A stretch of DNA of 64,000 nucleotides from Podarcis gaigeae (lineage: Eukaryota): the NCBI GenBank assembly GCA_964106915.2, contig OZ066918.1; one strand, 5' to 3'. The notes beneath the pieces were generated by a model. It did no database searches, was not told where the DNA came from, and saw only the letters and a list, made by a program, of their open reading frames with translations. Both the position numbers and the translations under genes were made by a program. Below are positions 13,304 through 25,740 of this stretch, piece by piece (within the stretch, counting starts at the first letter, position 1; each line of letters starts with the position of its first letter).

Positions 13304-14291
13304 AACAAAAAAAATTCCTTCCAGTAGCACCTTAAAGACCAACTAAGTCAGTTCTTGGTATGAGCTTTCGTGTGCATGCACACTTCTTCAGATACACTGA
13401 AACAGAAGTTTCCAGACCCTTCTATATAGTGAGAAGGTGGGGAGGGGTATTACTCAGAAGGCTGTTGGGAATGGGTGATTGGCAGATAGCTGTGATGAGC
13501 CTGTTGACGACTCTTAACGACTGCAATAGGTCTTACAGGAAGAAGCAAGGGGTGAAAAGGTGAAAAATGGCTTTGTCATGTATAATGAGATAAGAATCCA
13601 AGGTCTTTGTTCAGGCCAGGTTTCTCCATGGTTTTAAGTTTGGTGATAAGCTGTAATTCAGCAGCTTCTCTTTCCAGTCTATTTCTGAAATTCCTTTGTA
13701 GTAAAACAGCTACTTTGAGATCTTGTATAGAATGTCCTGGGAGATTGAAGTGTTCTCCTACTGGTTTCTCTGTCTTGTGATTCCTGATGTCCGATTTATA
13801 TCCGTTTATTCTTTGGCGTAAGGTCTGGCCTGTTTGTCCAATATAGAGAGCTGAAGGACACTGTTGGCATTTGATGGCATACACAATGTTAGACGATGAG
13901 CAATTAAATAGTCCCGAGATGGTATGTGTGATGTTGTTGGGGCCAGTAATGGTGTTGTCCGGGTGTATGTGGCAGCAAAGTTGGCATCTGGGTTTATTGC
14001 AGGCTCTGGTGCCAGTGTCCGTGTTAGGTCTGGTTGTAGTATTATTGTGGGTTAGGAGTTGTTTAAGACTGGGTGGCTGTCTGTAGGCAATGAAAGGTCT
14101 TCCTCCCAGAGCTTGAGAAAGAGAACTGTCATTGTCCAGGAGAGGTTGTAGATCTCTGATGATGCGTTGTACTGTTTTAACTTGGGAGCTGTATGTGATG
14201 ACTAGAGGTGTTCTGTTATTTTCTTTTTTGGGTCTGTCTTGCAGCAAGTTTTGTTTTGACTATGGCAGACCAACACGGCTACCTATCTGTA
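13304..14291 (-). mobile_element. 5'-truncated Penelope-like element with GIY-YIG endonuclease and hammerhead-bearing pseudo-LTR
   Basis: ORF 13576-14247 has a Cys linker CNKPRCQLC and GIY-YIG motifs IVYAIKCQQCPSALYIGQTGQTLRQR...EAAE...GLN; 14-bp TSD acagggttttttaa (13290-13303, 14292-14305). Confidence 0.92.
13358..13395 (-). ncRNA. Minimal type I hammerhead ribozyme motif in PLE pseudo-LTR
   Basis: Minus strand GUAU-CUGAAGA-A-GUGUGCAUGCACAC-GAAA-GC-UC-AUAC: conserved core, stem II hairpin, stem I GUAU/AUAC. Confidence 0.8.
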
Positions 14292-14438
14292 ACAGGGTTT
14301 TTTAAGGCTACACTCTTGAATCTTCCAGTTGTGGGAAACAACACAGGTCTCGGGCTCTTAGTTTCTACTTCTAGTTGTCCTGCCCAGTTGATAATGATGT
14401 CAAAATGTTTCCTGATCCTGTTTATAAATCATGTTTTT

Positions 14439-14990
14439 CAGGGCCGTCTTAATTATATCCGGTGCCGTGATGCAAAAATCCCTCCGGCAGTGCCCCCCCA
14501 TTTCCCATAGTTTGTGGGGACCCCAAAGTTGACAGAAAGGTTCCCCAGAGTTGTTGACCTTTTTTTAAGGGAGCTGACAGCACGCTTATACATTATCTCT
14601 AAGCCCTAAGAACAAAATAAAATGAAAAGGCAGATGAAAATCTAATGAAGTCCTCAATTCCAAAGCAAGACTCATTCAAGACTCAGCAGTTCTTCTAATT
14701 CATCCTCATGATTCAAATCACCACATATCAAAAAGTTAAAGCAATCACCAGTTTGCTGTTCTTTAAATAAATTGATAAGGACACAGAGAATGAAGTTCCT
14801 GGCGTGGCGCCACCGCTGCCTCCTCTCCCAGGCAGGAAGCGAGAGAAGGTGGCTGGTCGTAGGAAGAGCCGCCGCCCAGCATGCCCTCATAGCTGTTCCT
14901 GGTTGGTCCCGGCCTCCCCCTGATGGGCGTCCCTGATGGGTGGGCGCCGTGGCACAGGACACCACTAACCTAATGGGTAAGACAGCCCTG
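14439..14990. mobile_element. Non-autonomous hAT element
   Basis: TIRs cagggccgtctta / taagacagccctg; exact 8-bp TSD atgttttt. Confidence 0.82.
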
Positions 14991-15961
14991 ATGTTTTTGG
15001 GCCTAGATTCATTCTCTGTGCTTGACCTTAGCTTGTTGAGCAAGGTTGAAGGTGCAACATAGACTCGGGTGTCTTAGTAAAAGGTTATACTCTCCTTAGA
15101 CTTGGGGCCGTTCCATACCTCAGCTTAATGTGGATAGTGAGCCCCATTTGCCTCTTTTATTTCCCTCTCGCCCATGCAGCATTCTTGCCCAACTACTTTT
15201 GCCCCACATGTTTTCCATAAATCCAGAGGTTACCTATGCTGAATAGGAGTCCAAATCAATTGCACAGAGAACCTCCAGACTTAAGGAGGAGTAAGTGTGT
15301 ACCTGGAGGAGAATGCTGCAAGGATGAGGGAGAATTAAAGGAGGCGCAAGGAATTCATAATACACATTGACGAGGTATGGATAGGCCCTCAGATTCTAGC
15401 CCCTGGAGATACCCCGTGGAGCACAATACAATATTCTGTTCTCACAGTGGTCAACCAATTGCCTATGGGAAGCCTGTAAACAGGACCTGAGCACAATAAG
15501 ACATCTTGCCCTCCTTGTGCTCCCCAGCAACTGGTATTCAGAACTGGTGTGCCATTTCCAATACTGGAGGCAGTAAGCAGCCATCATGACCAGTAGACAT
15601 TTATAGCTTTAGCCTCCATGAATTTGTTTAAACACCATTTTAAAGCTATCAAAGTTGGTGACTGTTACTATATCTTGTGGTAGCAAATTCCATTGTGTGT
15701 GTATGAAGAACTACTTCCTTAATCTTTCAAAATTCAGGTTCATTGGATGGTTGCAGGTCAAAAAAAATCTCGATCCACTTTATCCACACAATGCACATAT
15801 CTTTTTCATGTCCCCACTTACTTGCTTTTTTCTACAGTAAAAAATCCTCAATGTTGTGACCTTTCCTCTCAGGGGAATTGTTGTAGCCGAATGATCATTT
15901 TGGTTGCCCCTTTCTGAACGTTTTCCAGCTTTACAATAATATATATATATATATATATATA

Positions 15962-16355
15962 TTTTGGTGTCCTCGGGTGTCTTCCCGTGTAAAAGTTGGG
16001 GTGTCTAGGCGACGTTTCGACGAGGTCTCACTCGTCATCTTCAGGCTGGTGCTTTCGGTTTCTTGTTACTGGAACAGAGCGGGATCTCAATGTTGAGTTC
16101 CTATAAATACTGTAGAGGGGGTGTGGTGTCTAGCCTCCAATGTTCTGGGCAGAGAGGAAGTTCCCAGGCTAGTGTGCCTTTTCTTCTTTTGTTCCTTAAT
16201 TACTTGAGAGATACCTTGAGTGATTGTAACAGTTCTTCCAGTAACAAGAAGCCGAAAGCACCAGCCTGAAGATGACGAGTGAGACCTCGTCGAAACGTCG
16301 CCTAGACACCCCAACTTTTACACGGGAAGACACCCGAGGACACCAAAACCTGCAT
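15962..16355. mobile_element. Penelope-like-element remnant with 113-bp inverted pseudo-LTRs, inserted in (TA)n
   Basis: Arms 15962-16074 and 16236-16348 are reverse complements (1 mismatch), each with a hammerhead core; (TA)n on both sides. Confidence 0.78.
16262..16302 (+). ncRNA. Minimal hammerhead ribozyme motif (mirror copy on minus strand at about 16008-16048)
   Basis: CUGAAGA-U-GACGAG-UGAGAC-CUCGUC-GAAA-CG-UC: core boxes, 6-bp stem II and palindromic ACGU in place of stem III; stem I is weak. Confidence 0.7.
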
Positions 16356-18231
16356 ATATATATATATATATATATATTAGGTGTGGCAACAGAACACTTT
16401 ATTTCAAGAACAGTCATATGATAAATTTATCTGTCATTATGATATTGACAGTTTTGTTTTCAATCCCTTTTCTAATGATCCCTAACATAGAATTAACCTT
16501 TTTCACAGCTGCTACACACTAGGTTGACAAGCTATCCACCACAACTCTAAGATCTCTTGGTCATTCACCGTCAGTTCAGACCCCATTAACGTTTATGTAA
16601 AGTTAGGTTTTTTTATGCCAATGTACATCATTTTATACCTACTTACATTGAATCACATTTGTAATTTTACTTTTATTCACCCATTGTGGAGAGATCCTTT
16701 TGGAGCTCCTTGCAATCTTTTTTGTTGTGGCTGTTGTTATCACCTCAAACCCTTTTGTTCAAACCACCAGGAATATCAGCAAACCTGCCCACATCACAGT
16801 TCACCCCTAACTTCAGCCGTTTTATGAACAAGTTAAAAAGCACAGGTTCCAATCCTGATCTCTGCAGACTCCATTTCTTACATTCACCACCCACCCCCAC
16901 TGTGAGAATTTTCAATTTATTCCTTCTCTCTGCTTCCTGTTCTTTAACCAGTTACTGATCCATAAAAGGATCTATTCTCTTATCCCATGACTGCCAGGCT
17001 TACTTACAAATCTTTGATGAGGGACATCATCAAATGATTTTGGAAAGTGTAAGTACACAATATTAACACACTCACTGCTATGAATATGCTTATTTACACT
17101 CTTAAAGAATTCTAAAGGGTTCATTAGACAGGACTCACCTTTACAAAATCCATGCTGGTTCTTCTTCTACAAGGTTTGCTTTAGAAGCTTAAGGAGATTG
17201 TTCTGTCAGCAAAAGCATTTCTGCTTGCTGGATGGAATTATTTCCTCTCTCCTCTCCCCAGGTGCTGTTTAGGGGGATTCTTTTGACCCTCCAGAACAGA
17301 TTTGGGGATACACATGGCGGGGGGGGGGGGCATTCTGTTGAACTAGTGGGAATAATTGTACTGCCTTCCACTAGCACAATGGTTTAGCTGAATAAGGCAA
17401 TTTCACATTCAAATTCCTTAACTCTTGGGTGGATGTTATCCTTCAGATCAGATGGAACTATACTATCCCTCAGTGAGGAGTTAATTATCATAAACATCTA
17501 GGTTCTGAGATTGCCCGGCCTTTCTAGAACCAGCCAATAAGAATGTGAGTCAAGGAAGCTGGCACAAACAGTATTGTGTTCACATATTTTGATGTCAGTA
17601 AAACAGCCTATAAAATCTGACTTGAAGAGTCAGCTATCGACAGCTGCTCAGCTACTGACAATGGTTACCTATGTGCTATACATATATAAATGTGAGGCCT
17701 TTCTGATGTTGTAGGAGTACAACTTTCATCATATCTCATCATTGGCCATGCTAGCAGAGTTGTAGTCCAACATCTGGAGAGCGCCACATTGGCTACCCTT
17801 GAACTAGTGGAACACAGAATAGGGGTGTGTGATTTCCTCTTGTCAACAGTTTGGTATGAAATCCATTGCTGAGTTTTCCTTCCTTCATTGGACTGCTCCG
17901 GCTATTTCTTTAAAGTGGAAATGTGTATAGAATATTGAAAGTTTCTGAATTCTTATCCCCTACATGACCCATTTACAGTGCAAACTTATATATACCACCT
18001 CAGAGGTAAGTCATATTGATTTCACTCCAGGTAAGTGAATATAGGATTGCAGCCTTAAGTGCATTGATACGAAAATATTGATAGGTCAGAGGACCCCTCC
18101 CAATTCTCCCCTCCTTATTTTTCAAAGCTTCTGACATTTTAATTAGTTTCCAGAGTCAAACAAGCACAACAGTATTGAATAATGTTAGAATGTGCTGTTG
18201 TTTTAAAACAGCTTTTGTATTTATACATGCA

Positions 18232-18318
<87 letters not shown>
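18232..18318. repeat. Compound (CT)n(GT)n(AT)n microsatellite
   Basis: Direct reading. Confidence 0.95.
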
Positions 18319-18322
<4 letters not shown>

Positions 18323-18559
18323 GTACCTCAGGTTAAAGACGCTTCAGGTTACAGACACGTTAGGTTACAGACTCCGCTAACCCAGAAATAGCACCTCGGG
18401 TTAAGAACTTTGCTTCAGAATGAGAACAGAAATCGCACAACGGCGGTGCGGTGGCAGCGGGAAACCCCATTAGCTAAAGTGGTGCTTCAGGTTAAGTACA
18501 GTTTCAGGTTTAGAACGGACCTCCGGAACGAATTAAGTTCTTAATCCGAGGTACCACTG
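18318..18559 (+). mobile_element. Tc1/mariner (pogo/Tigger-type) MITE, family B
   Basis: TIR (c)agtggtacctc...gaggtaccactg at a TA target; other copies at 50492, 54022 and 61395. Confidence 0.8.
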
Positions 18560-19101
18560 TACAGTATATGCAATAATGCAATTGCTTTAACTGTTTTTAT
18601 GTCGTTATATTCTAAACTGATTTGCGCTTGCCTTATGAGAAGTGATTAATAAATGAAATAAATGAATAAATATGTGACTTAAAGAGGCTTAAGGAAAGAA
18701 CTTCTCTCCCATCACATCTGTCACATGTACACTTAGGTGTGTGCACAGAAATATGCAATATATTTTTAAGTAATCAAAATATGACTTGCGAGAAGTTGGA
18801 AATATTTAGCAGGGAAAAGTTGGAAACGTTGATCAATGTTCCCTTATTATCACTGCCATCTTGGAAAGAAGGCATTTAATGTAAAAGCCGGTGTTTTATT
18901 TGCCAAGCCTCACTTCCCTAGGGGTACAGCTCAACTGTCAGATCAATTCTTCCTCAGTTCATCCTCGCGTATAAGCTCCCTGACGGGCTTGGCAGTTTCT
19001 GCAAGGAGGAGGACTAACCCATCTGCCTGCGCAGGAAGGGCCAGGAGCAAAATCGGCCAGGGAGCTGGCGGCGGCTCTGCCACCGGACAGGGCTATCTCC
19101 C

Positions 19102-19128
19102 ATTGGTTGGTCGTGTTGCTATGGAAAC
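19102..19128 (+). promoter_or_regulatory. NME9 promoter: inverted CCAAT box and RFX X-box
   Basis: ATTGG at 19102-19106 and GTTGCTATGGAAAC at 19115-19128 (canonical X-box) in a small CpG-rich patch; candidate non-coding exon 1 ends at cag|gtaccg (19188). Confidence 0.8.
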
Positions 19129-19588
19129 GTGGGACGCTGCTGCTGCTGCGGTGGTGCGTAGGAGCCATTGCCGAATTCCTCTAATCAGGTACCGTCTGCC
19201 TATCAAGCCCTTGCAGTTCTTGGGGCAATAGAGTCCCTTCGGAGTTTCAAGACCAGGAAACGAGAGTTTTCAAGTGAGACTCATCTCTGAGTAATCATAA
19301 TGCATTAGAATGGCCTGCAAATGTGATTAGAAATGACACCACGAGTTACTAGGGCAGTGCTGGGAAGTGACTAAGGCTGCAATGCTAAACACTTTTACTA
19401 GGGAGTAAATCCCACTGGACACAATGCAGACTTACTTCCAAGTAAACATGTGCTGCAAAAGCCATAGTTGGTGCTTCATAGCCCTAAATTATATTTAATT
19501 AGCAAAGTACCTTGATGATGATCCTCCAGGATGGGCAGTAGTTTTATGCAGTGACCTGATGTTTTGGCGTTTTTGTTTTGGCAGCACT

Positions 19589-19621
19589 ATGACCAGCAGG
19601 AAGAAAGAATTAGCTTTGCAG
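19589..19621 (+). CDS. NME9: NME9/TXNDC6 coding exon 1 (MTSRKKELALQ)
   Basis: Acceptor at 19584, ATG at 19589, donor gtcagt; compare human MGSRKKEIALQ. Confidence 0.85.
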
Positions 19622-20117
19622 GTCAGTAAGTGAGCTTAATGTTTCAAATGTGGCATTTCATTCTGTTAGAGTTTGGTATTTCTGGCTTGTTTGGAAGAGA
19701 GGGTGATTCGGGTGCAATGTTGCATTGTATTCTGCCAGTGAAACCTTCCTACAATGGCACAGATTTAAAATAGAAAGCATGAGTTCTAAATGGATTTACC
19801 AGTCTCCCAGGGCAACAAGAAGCAGTAATGCAATTGCTTTCATCATTTGATGAATCAGAAAGGAAATGTAAGAGCCTATTTAAACGAATCCCTACAGTGC
19901 ACTTTTCCAGGGACTAGTCACTGACACAGGGTGTTATATTAATCAGAATGAGGTAAAATAAGAACCAAAGACTGAAGGGTGAGCTGTATGATAATTGGAA
20001 CAGACTCAATTTTTAAATCTTCAAATACAAATTAAAATACAAATCAAATATTCTAAGACAGACACTAAACCAGGTTTAGCCCTTCATTTGTAAGCACAGC
20101 TTCTCTGTTAACTTTAG

Positions 20118-20256
20118 ATTCAGGTAGGCAGCAGTGTTGGTCTGACACAGTTGAAATAAATTTAAAAATTAAAAAATTGTCCAGTAGCACCTTAGAGACC
20201 AACTAAGTTTGTTCTGGGTATAAGCTTTTGTGTGCATGCACACTCCTTCAGATACA
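20118..20256 (-). mobile_element. Solo pseudo-LTR of the PLE family at 13304, with degenerate hammerhead
   Basis: ccagtagcaccttagagaccaactaag...gtgtgcatgcacac...cagatacac; 13-bp TSD ctgttaactttag. Confidence 0.82.
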
Positions 20257-23110
20257 CTGTTAACTTTAGCTTCATTAAGACCTAGGGTAAAAAGGATCAA
20301 TTGTCCTTTCAGATTGGCTATGTTGATTTAGATGTCTCCAAAGTCAACAACAACAAAAACTAGCATGGGTATCAAAACACAGTATTAGTCCAAATATACA
20401 TGCATGTGTGTTTTCCTTTTTATCCTAGGTTTTAATGAGGATCAGGTTGGCCAAGGGAATGTGCTTGCTTACATTTGGAAGGGATGCGATACCAGTTCTA
20501 GGGTTTGTGAGATGCAATTAGGAGAGGCACCTGTTGGAATAGGCCTCCCTCCTCCTTGCTATTGCCCATTCGTTTGCCTGCTTCCTCTGGGCACAATCTA
20601 CAAAATATCCAGAAGGAGATCTCAAAGTAAGTGGAAGTTGCTGCACCGTGACCTCTGTTGTCAACTGCTTGCATGCACAGAGAGAACAGGTGGATGGGTA
20701 GGCAAAAAGGAGACGCAGCATGAGCAGGAAGCTCTGAGCGCCAGCAATGGGCAGTCCTGCAAGCATCAGTATGTGCCCAATAATGTCAACCTCTAATGTT
20801 GGCCCTGAGGAGCTGCCTGAGGAAATAATATCACAAGTGATGTGATCTGTCCAGCCTGCACAACAAATACTTTGTTGGAAATGCATGGATTAATATTCTA
20901 TGTTTCATGAATCTTTTATCATAAAGTTGTTATAATGCATAGTTATTTACAAGTAGTCCCATTGGCATCAGTGTGCTCCCTTCTCCTCCAGGCTGTGTGA
21001 GAAAGTATTTTAGATAATTTGCAAACTTCCATTTGAATACAAATTATACTGGTAGTATGCAGCTGGTTGCCAGAAAAAAAATGAGTTTGCATCTTGAGCA
21101 CAGTTAGACATTACCCTATGACGAAACATACTGGTGTAGTTTAGTCATCTGGTGTCTGGAGACAAGCATGTATGATCTCAGTGGCACTTTGGATGTAAGA
21201 ACATGAATATATGAATATTAATACATATCCTATCTTTCATTCATAAAGCACGGTTAAAGAACCATATAGGAAAAGATGGGAATGTGTTTGCAATTCCTTT
21301 ATTATAAATTGCTCCGTATGGAATATAATCTCTATAAATCCTGCCATCAAGTGGCCAGAAGAAGAAATTGATTATTATTTCAATCCTGTTAACTACTTAC
21401 ATTAGAGTAGACATATTGATTTCACTGGAACGGCTCCCATGTGGCTCTAAGTCAGCTACTTATAGGCTGACCTCAAAGTGCTTTGCCATAAACAAAGTGC
21501 AGCCATCTGTTAATTAAATGTTTTGAGGTCTGATATGTTGGGCTATACAACAGAAGCAAGAACATATTTACTCTGAAATGAGTTGCTTGAGAATTATTTC
21601 CTGGGATGCCTGCAGTCACGCAATGAGATTCTATGCATGTTTCTTTTCAGAGGCAAGTCCCACTCAGTCTAGTGGGACTTATTCACAAATGGGTTTTAAC
21701 AGTGCTTTTTTCTGGGGTTATGCAGGGGTATGCCTAAACATTTTGTGAATCATTGTACTTTTGCCCATTTACTGTATTTATTTCCCCCGATTTGAACTAT
21801 AAAGTGGTGATTTTCTTGAGTCAAAATGAGAGTTTAAATAGATCTGCAGCATTCATGTCTTATAAGCAGACTTCCATTTACCAAAATGTTAATATCCACA
21901 TTGGGCCGTGTGTTGGTAGCATAATACTATCTTAAAATTAGATTCTTAGAGTTGGGAAAGACTTTAGAAGTCATCTAACTGCCCTGAACTCCTGGCCTAC
22001 CTGGTGGCAAGTCAGTATGTAAAGTCATCAGTCCACATGTCCAAAGTCCAAACCGAAGGCACCATCCTTCAGAGAGCCTGAAACATCCAAGCTGAGGGCC
22101 AACAACATGAGCAGACACAGCCCCCCAGCTCTGTTGTCCCTTTTATACTTTGCAATGCTGATTGCAGCATCTGTGCTTCAGTCATGTGACCCTCAGCTGT
22201 TCCAAGCCTATTCTAGCTGAGGAAACAGACACATCCTCCCAGAGGTAGTGAGCCCCACATGGCCAGCTAGGGAGCTGAGCTGTGGGTCTTTGCCTGCCTC
22301 AGCCTCCTAGAGTGCTCCACCCACTGCTCCCTATGCTTCAGAGCCTGCCATGCTCCTAGAGAAAGGGCCCCCTCTGGCTCTGGGTCCAGCTGTTCTCGTT
22401 CCTGTGCACTGACCCCCCATCCCCTCGCCATCCTCTGTCACCCTGTGAGTACTTCCTGCACCAACCTCTCCCATGGCTGTCAATGTTTCCCATTTTTTAA
22501 GGGAAATTCCCTTATTCCGAATAGGATTCCTCGCAAGAAAATGGAAAAGTTGACAGCTATGACCTCTCCTTCGTCATCCCCTGCTTGCCTGTGTGTCCCA
22601 GTCCCAGCCACACCCCTCATCAGGATCCTCTTCCTCCTCCCCATTGTCCTGCCAGTTCCTTGCACTAATCAACCCACAGGAAATCCCATGTTACAGCATC
22701 CTTGATAAGTAGTCATCTGGCTTCTGCTTAGAAACCTATAATTGAGAGGTCACCACTTCCTAAAGTTTTACTGTGCTATTGGATGTTTTTCCTAATATTT
22801 AGCCAAAATCACTTGACTTGTAATTTGAATGTGTTTATTTGAGTCCTCTTTTCTGCAGCAACAGAAAACAAATGCACAAATTGCACAATCTTATATGCCA
22901 TGTTTGAGCATCGTGCTGTCTTTTATTTTCCTCTCTATATACATTTTGCCTAAAGAAAGTATTTTCATGAAACTGACTTGTGACTTTGACTTTCTGATAC
23001 AAAAATCTTAGTTGCCCCCTTGCTAATTTACCAAATCTCCTTTCAGGTAGCTCTTAAAGGCTTTATTGCTTTATTGAAAGCTTTCTCAGTTATATTTCAT
23101 TTACACACAG

Positions 23111-23168
23111 ATGGTTGTTAATAATCAGGAACTTTGGGAAGAAATGCTGGGTTCCAAAGGTTTGATTG
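23111..23168 (+). CDS. NME9: NME9 coding exon 2 (MVVNNQELWEEMLGSKGLI)
   Basis: AG/GT boundaries; phase consistent with neighbouring exons. Confidence 0.9.
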
Positions 23169-24846
23169 GTAAGACCTTAGCTGTAAATATGGCATGGCTC
23201 TCTGTTGCTGTTCATAAATACTAGTACTAGTATACTGTGGCCTCTGATCACCAACCCTTTGCCATTCTCCCATTAATCCCCTAGAACTTCTCTTTTCACC
23301 TCTTGCAGCTACTAAGCTTGTTTTGCACCTTCCCAACCCCATTTCTGAAGCTTCTTCTGTTCTATTCTACAGTCCCACTTTGCAGCCTTCTTTTCAGCTT
23401 ACCACTCATGTGCACGCCTCCATTCTCTTGTGCAACCCCCTTGCACACAACGCTCCCATGGTAACCTCTTGTATCTTCTTCCTCCCATACATTGCAAGTA
23501 ATAAGCATCCTTTTCACCTTCCACACTGAAGCCACCATCCCCTCCTGTTCTTCAGGTTCTTTCTTGCCCCTGCTTTCATCTGCAACACTATTCCCACTGC
23601 TCCTTCATTTTTTTGCAGCCCCCATTTTCACCTTCAGCACTTTTTCTCTCCCTCCTCCTCTTTTCCCGCCAACAACCCCCACTTCTAGGTTTCCTCCTCT
23701 CTTATTTTGCCGTCTCCCCTTTGTCCATATATCTCATTATTATCCCTTTTCTTCCGTTTGCACTGTCCCTTGCAAACAGACTGTCCTCATTTTTATGCCT
23801 CCTTCTTCATCCTAATCTGCAGCCCCCTTTCCGTGCACAGCCCGTGATGCTTTTTGTTACCATATCTTTAAGACGAGCAGAATCTAAGAGCAAACCTGTC
23901 AGTTAGCTTGACTTCATTTGAGAAGGTTCAATTCAATTGATGGGCGGTTCTCTTTTATATCACTACACAGAAAATGACATATAATACTAGGATTTAGATA
24001 CATTATGTGAAAGTACTATGGAATATTTCAGGCCTCTGAACCTTTTCAAACACAAAGCAGCTGAATAAAGTAAGAGGGGAAAGTTTGTATACAGCAAGAA
24101 GAGAAGAACTATGAAAGGAAATGTGATTTTAAACAACAGATGTTTGAGTAGAGCAAGCAGAGTGTGACAGTGGGAGGAAGATTGTGACTTTAAAAAATGG
24201 CAGAGGTTTGAGTAGAGCAAATGGGGGGCAACACCGAGAAAAAAGTGGTGGTTTAAAACAAGTTTTCAGTACAGCAAGAAGGGAGTTTGGTAAGGTTCTG
24301 TTGTGTTAGCTTTTTGATGTTAACTTCTGTGTAGTATTCATGTTTGTGATTTCTCCCTTCTCACACTTAAAACCCCCCAAACATTTCCCTTCTGAATACT
24401 ACCATACTTTTTGTTTTCAGTGTCCTTTCCTTCTAGATCCCATGCCACAGCCTCTGTTGTTGTACAACCCTCCTTCTTTCTTGCTCCCCTCCCCAACTCT
24501 GACTCCATGCAAATCCAGGATTCTAATAAGACATTACATGTAATAAGTCATTACAATAAGGGCTGCATGATGACAGCCTTACATTGATTTTTATATTGAG
24601 AGATAGATATAAATACTTGACAGTAGAAAAGGAATGAGTGTTCCTGTTGTTGATGTACCACCTTTCACCCAAACCCATTTCTTCCAAATGTTTTGGACTA
24701 CAACTCCCATCACCCCCAGCTAGCATGGCCAGTGATCAGGGATACACAAGTAGTGATAGTTAACTAATTTCATTTGCATGTGCTGAACTTAACTTTGTAG
24801 GTTCTGAAATGCCATGATTTGCTAAGTTAGCTTAATCTCTTTGTAG

Positions 24847-24950
24847 TGGTAGATGTTTATCAAGGCTGGTGTGGACCATGTAAAGCAGTAGTAAACCTCT
24901 TCAGGAAAATCAGGAATGAATTTGGTGATGACCTCCTTCATTTTGCTGTG
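24847..24950 (+). CDS. NME9: NME9 coding exon 3, thioredoxin active site (VVDVYQGWCGPCKAVVNLFRKIRNEFGDDLLHFAV)
   Basis: Intact WCGPC motif; AG/GT boundaries. Confidence 0.93.
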
Positions 24951-25740
24951 GTAAGAGACGGATTCAAATTTATATAGTAGGACATTGTGAGACTCCAACT
25001 CCCATCAGCCCCCATTAGCATAGCCAGTGCTCAGGGATGGTGGGAAAATCATATGGATGGATCCATCGAGAATAGTTGGCAAAGATAAATGCCTATGAGG
25101 CAAGCAGATAAAACAGGCAATTCATCTTGCTTCAGTGGGCTAAATAAAGCTGCAGTTCTATACACTAAGGTAAGGAACAGTTTTTCAGTCCTGGGGCTGC
25201 ATTTCCTTGTGCCTAATCTTCCAGGCGTAGCAGGTCCAGCAGTCGGCAGAGCAAGACCACAATGGGTGGGAGCAAAGTTGGCAGTGGACGGAGATACTCC
25301 ACACTCTCCCTCACAAAACACAGCCTCCCCTTCCTGTGAGCTCCTCTCCCCTGCTCTGGCTAATTAGGAAACATTATGGTTAGAGATCTCTGAAATCCAT
25401 TGTCATGACACAAGTCTTCAGGCATTAATTATGGCTTGAAGAGGACCATGGGTAGAGCAGGGATATGGGGATGCAACTTTAACCCTGCCACTCCGCTCAA
25501 GCCCCAATCTTCCAAGGTTCTCATTTGGCTGAGGGAGCCTTCCCAAACAGAAATACAAGGCTCTCTGCTGTAGCTGTTTGCAGAGGCCAGAGAAATCACA
25601 GGGCTATGGCGGCAGAGCTAAATGTGCATCTGAATAGGTGTTTATCCAATCAGGTATAGGGAACCGAGGGCCCTCCAGATATTGTTGGACTCCAGCCCCT
25701 ATCATTCCTGTCAGTGTGGCAAATGGTCAGGGATGATGTA

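Larger units (their letters stand above)
15430..17180 (-). mobile_element. Old CR1-type LINE fragment (RT region and 3' end), interrupted by a PLE-derived palindrome
   Basis: Degenerate CR1 RT antisense text such as tcccatgactg...tgagggac...tcaaa...ttggaaag...aagtacacaat and ccatgctggtt; no open frame. Confidence 0.65.
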
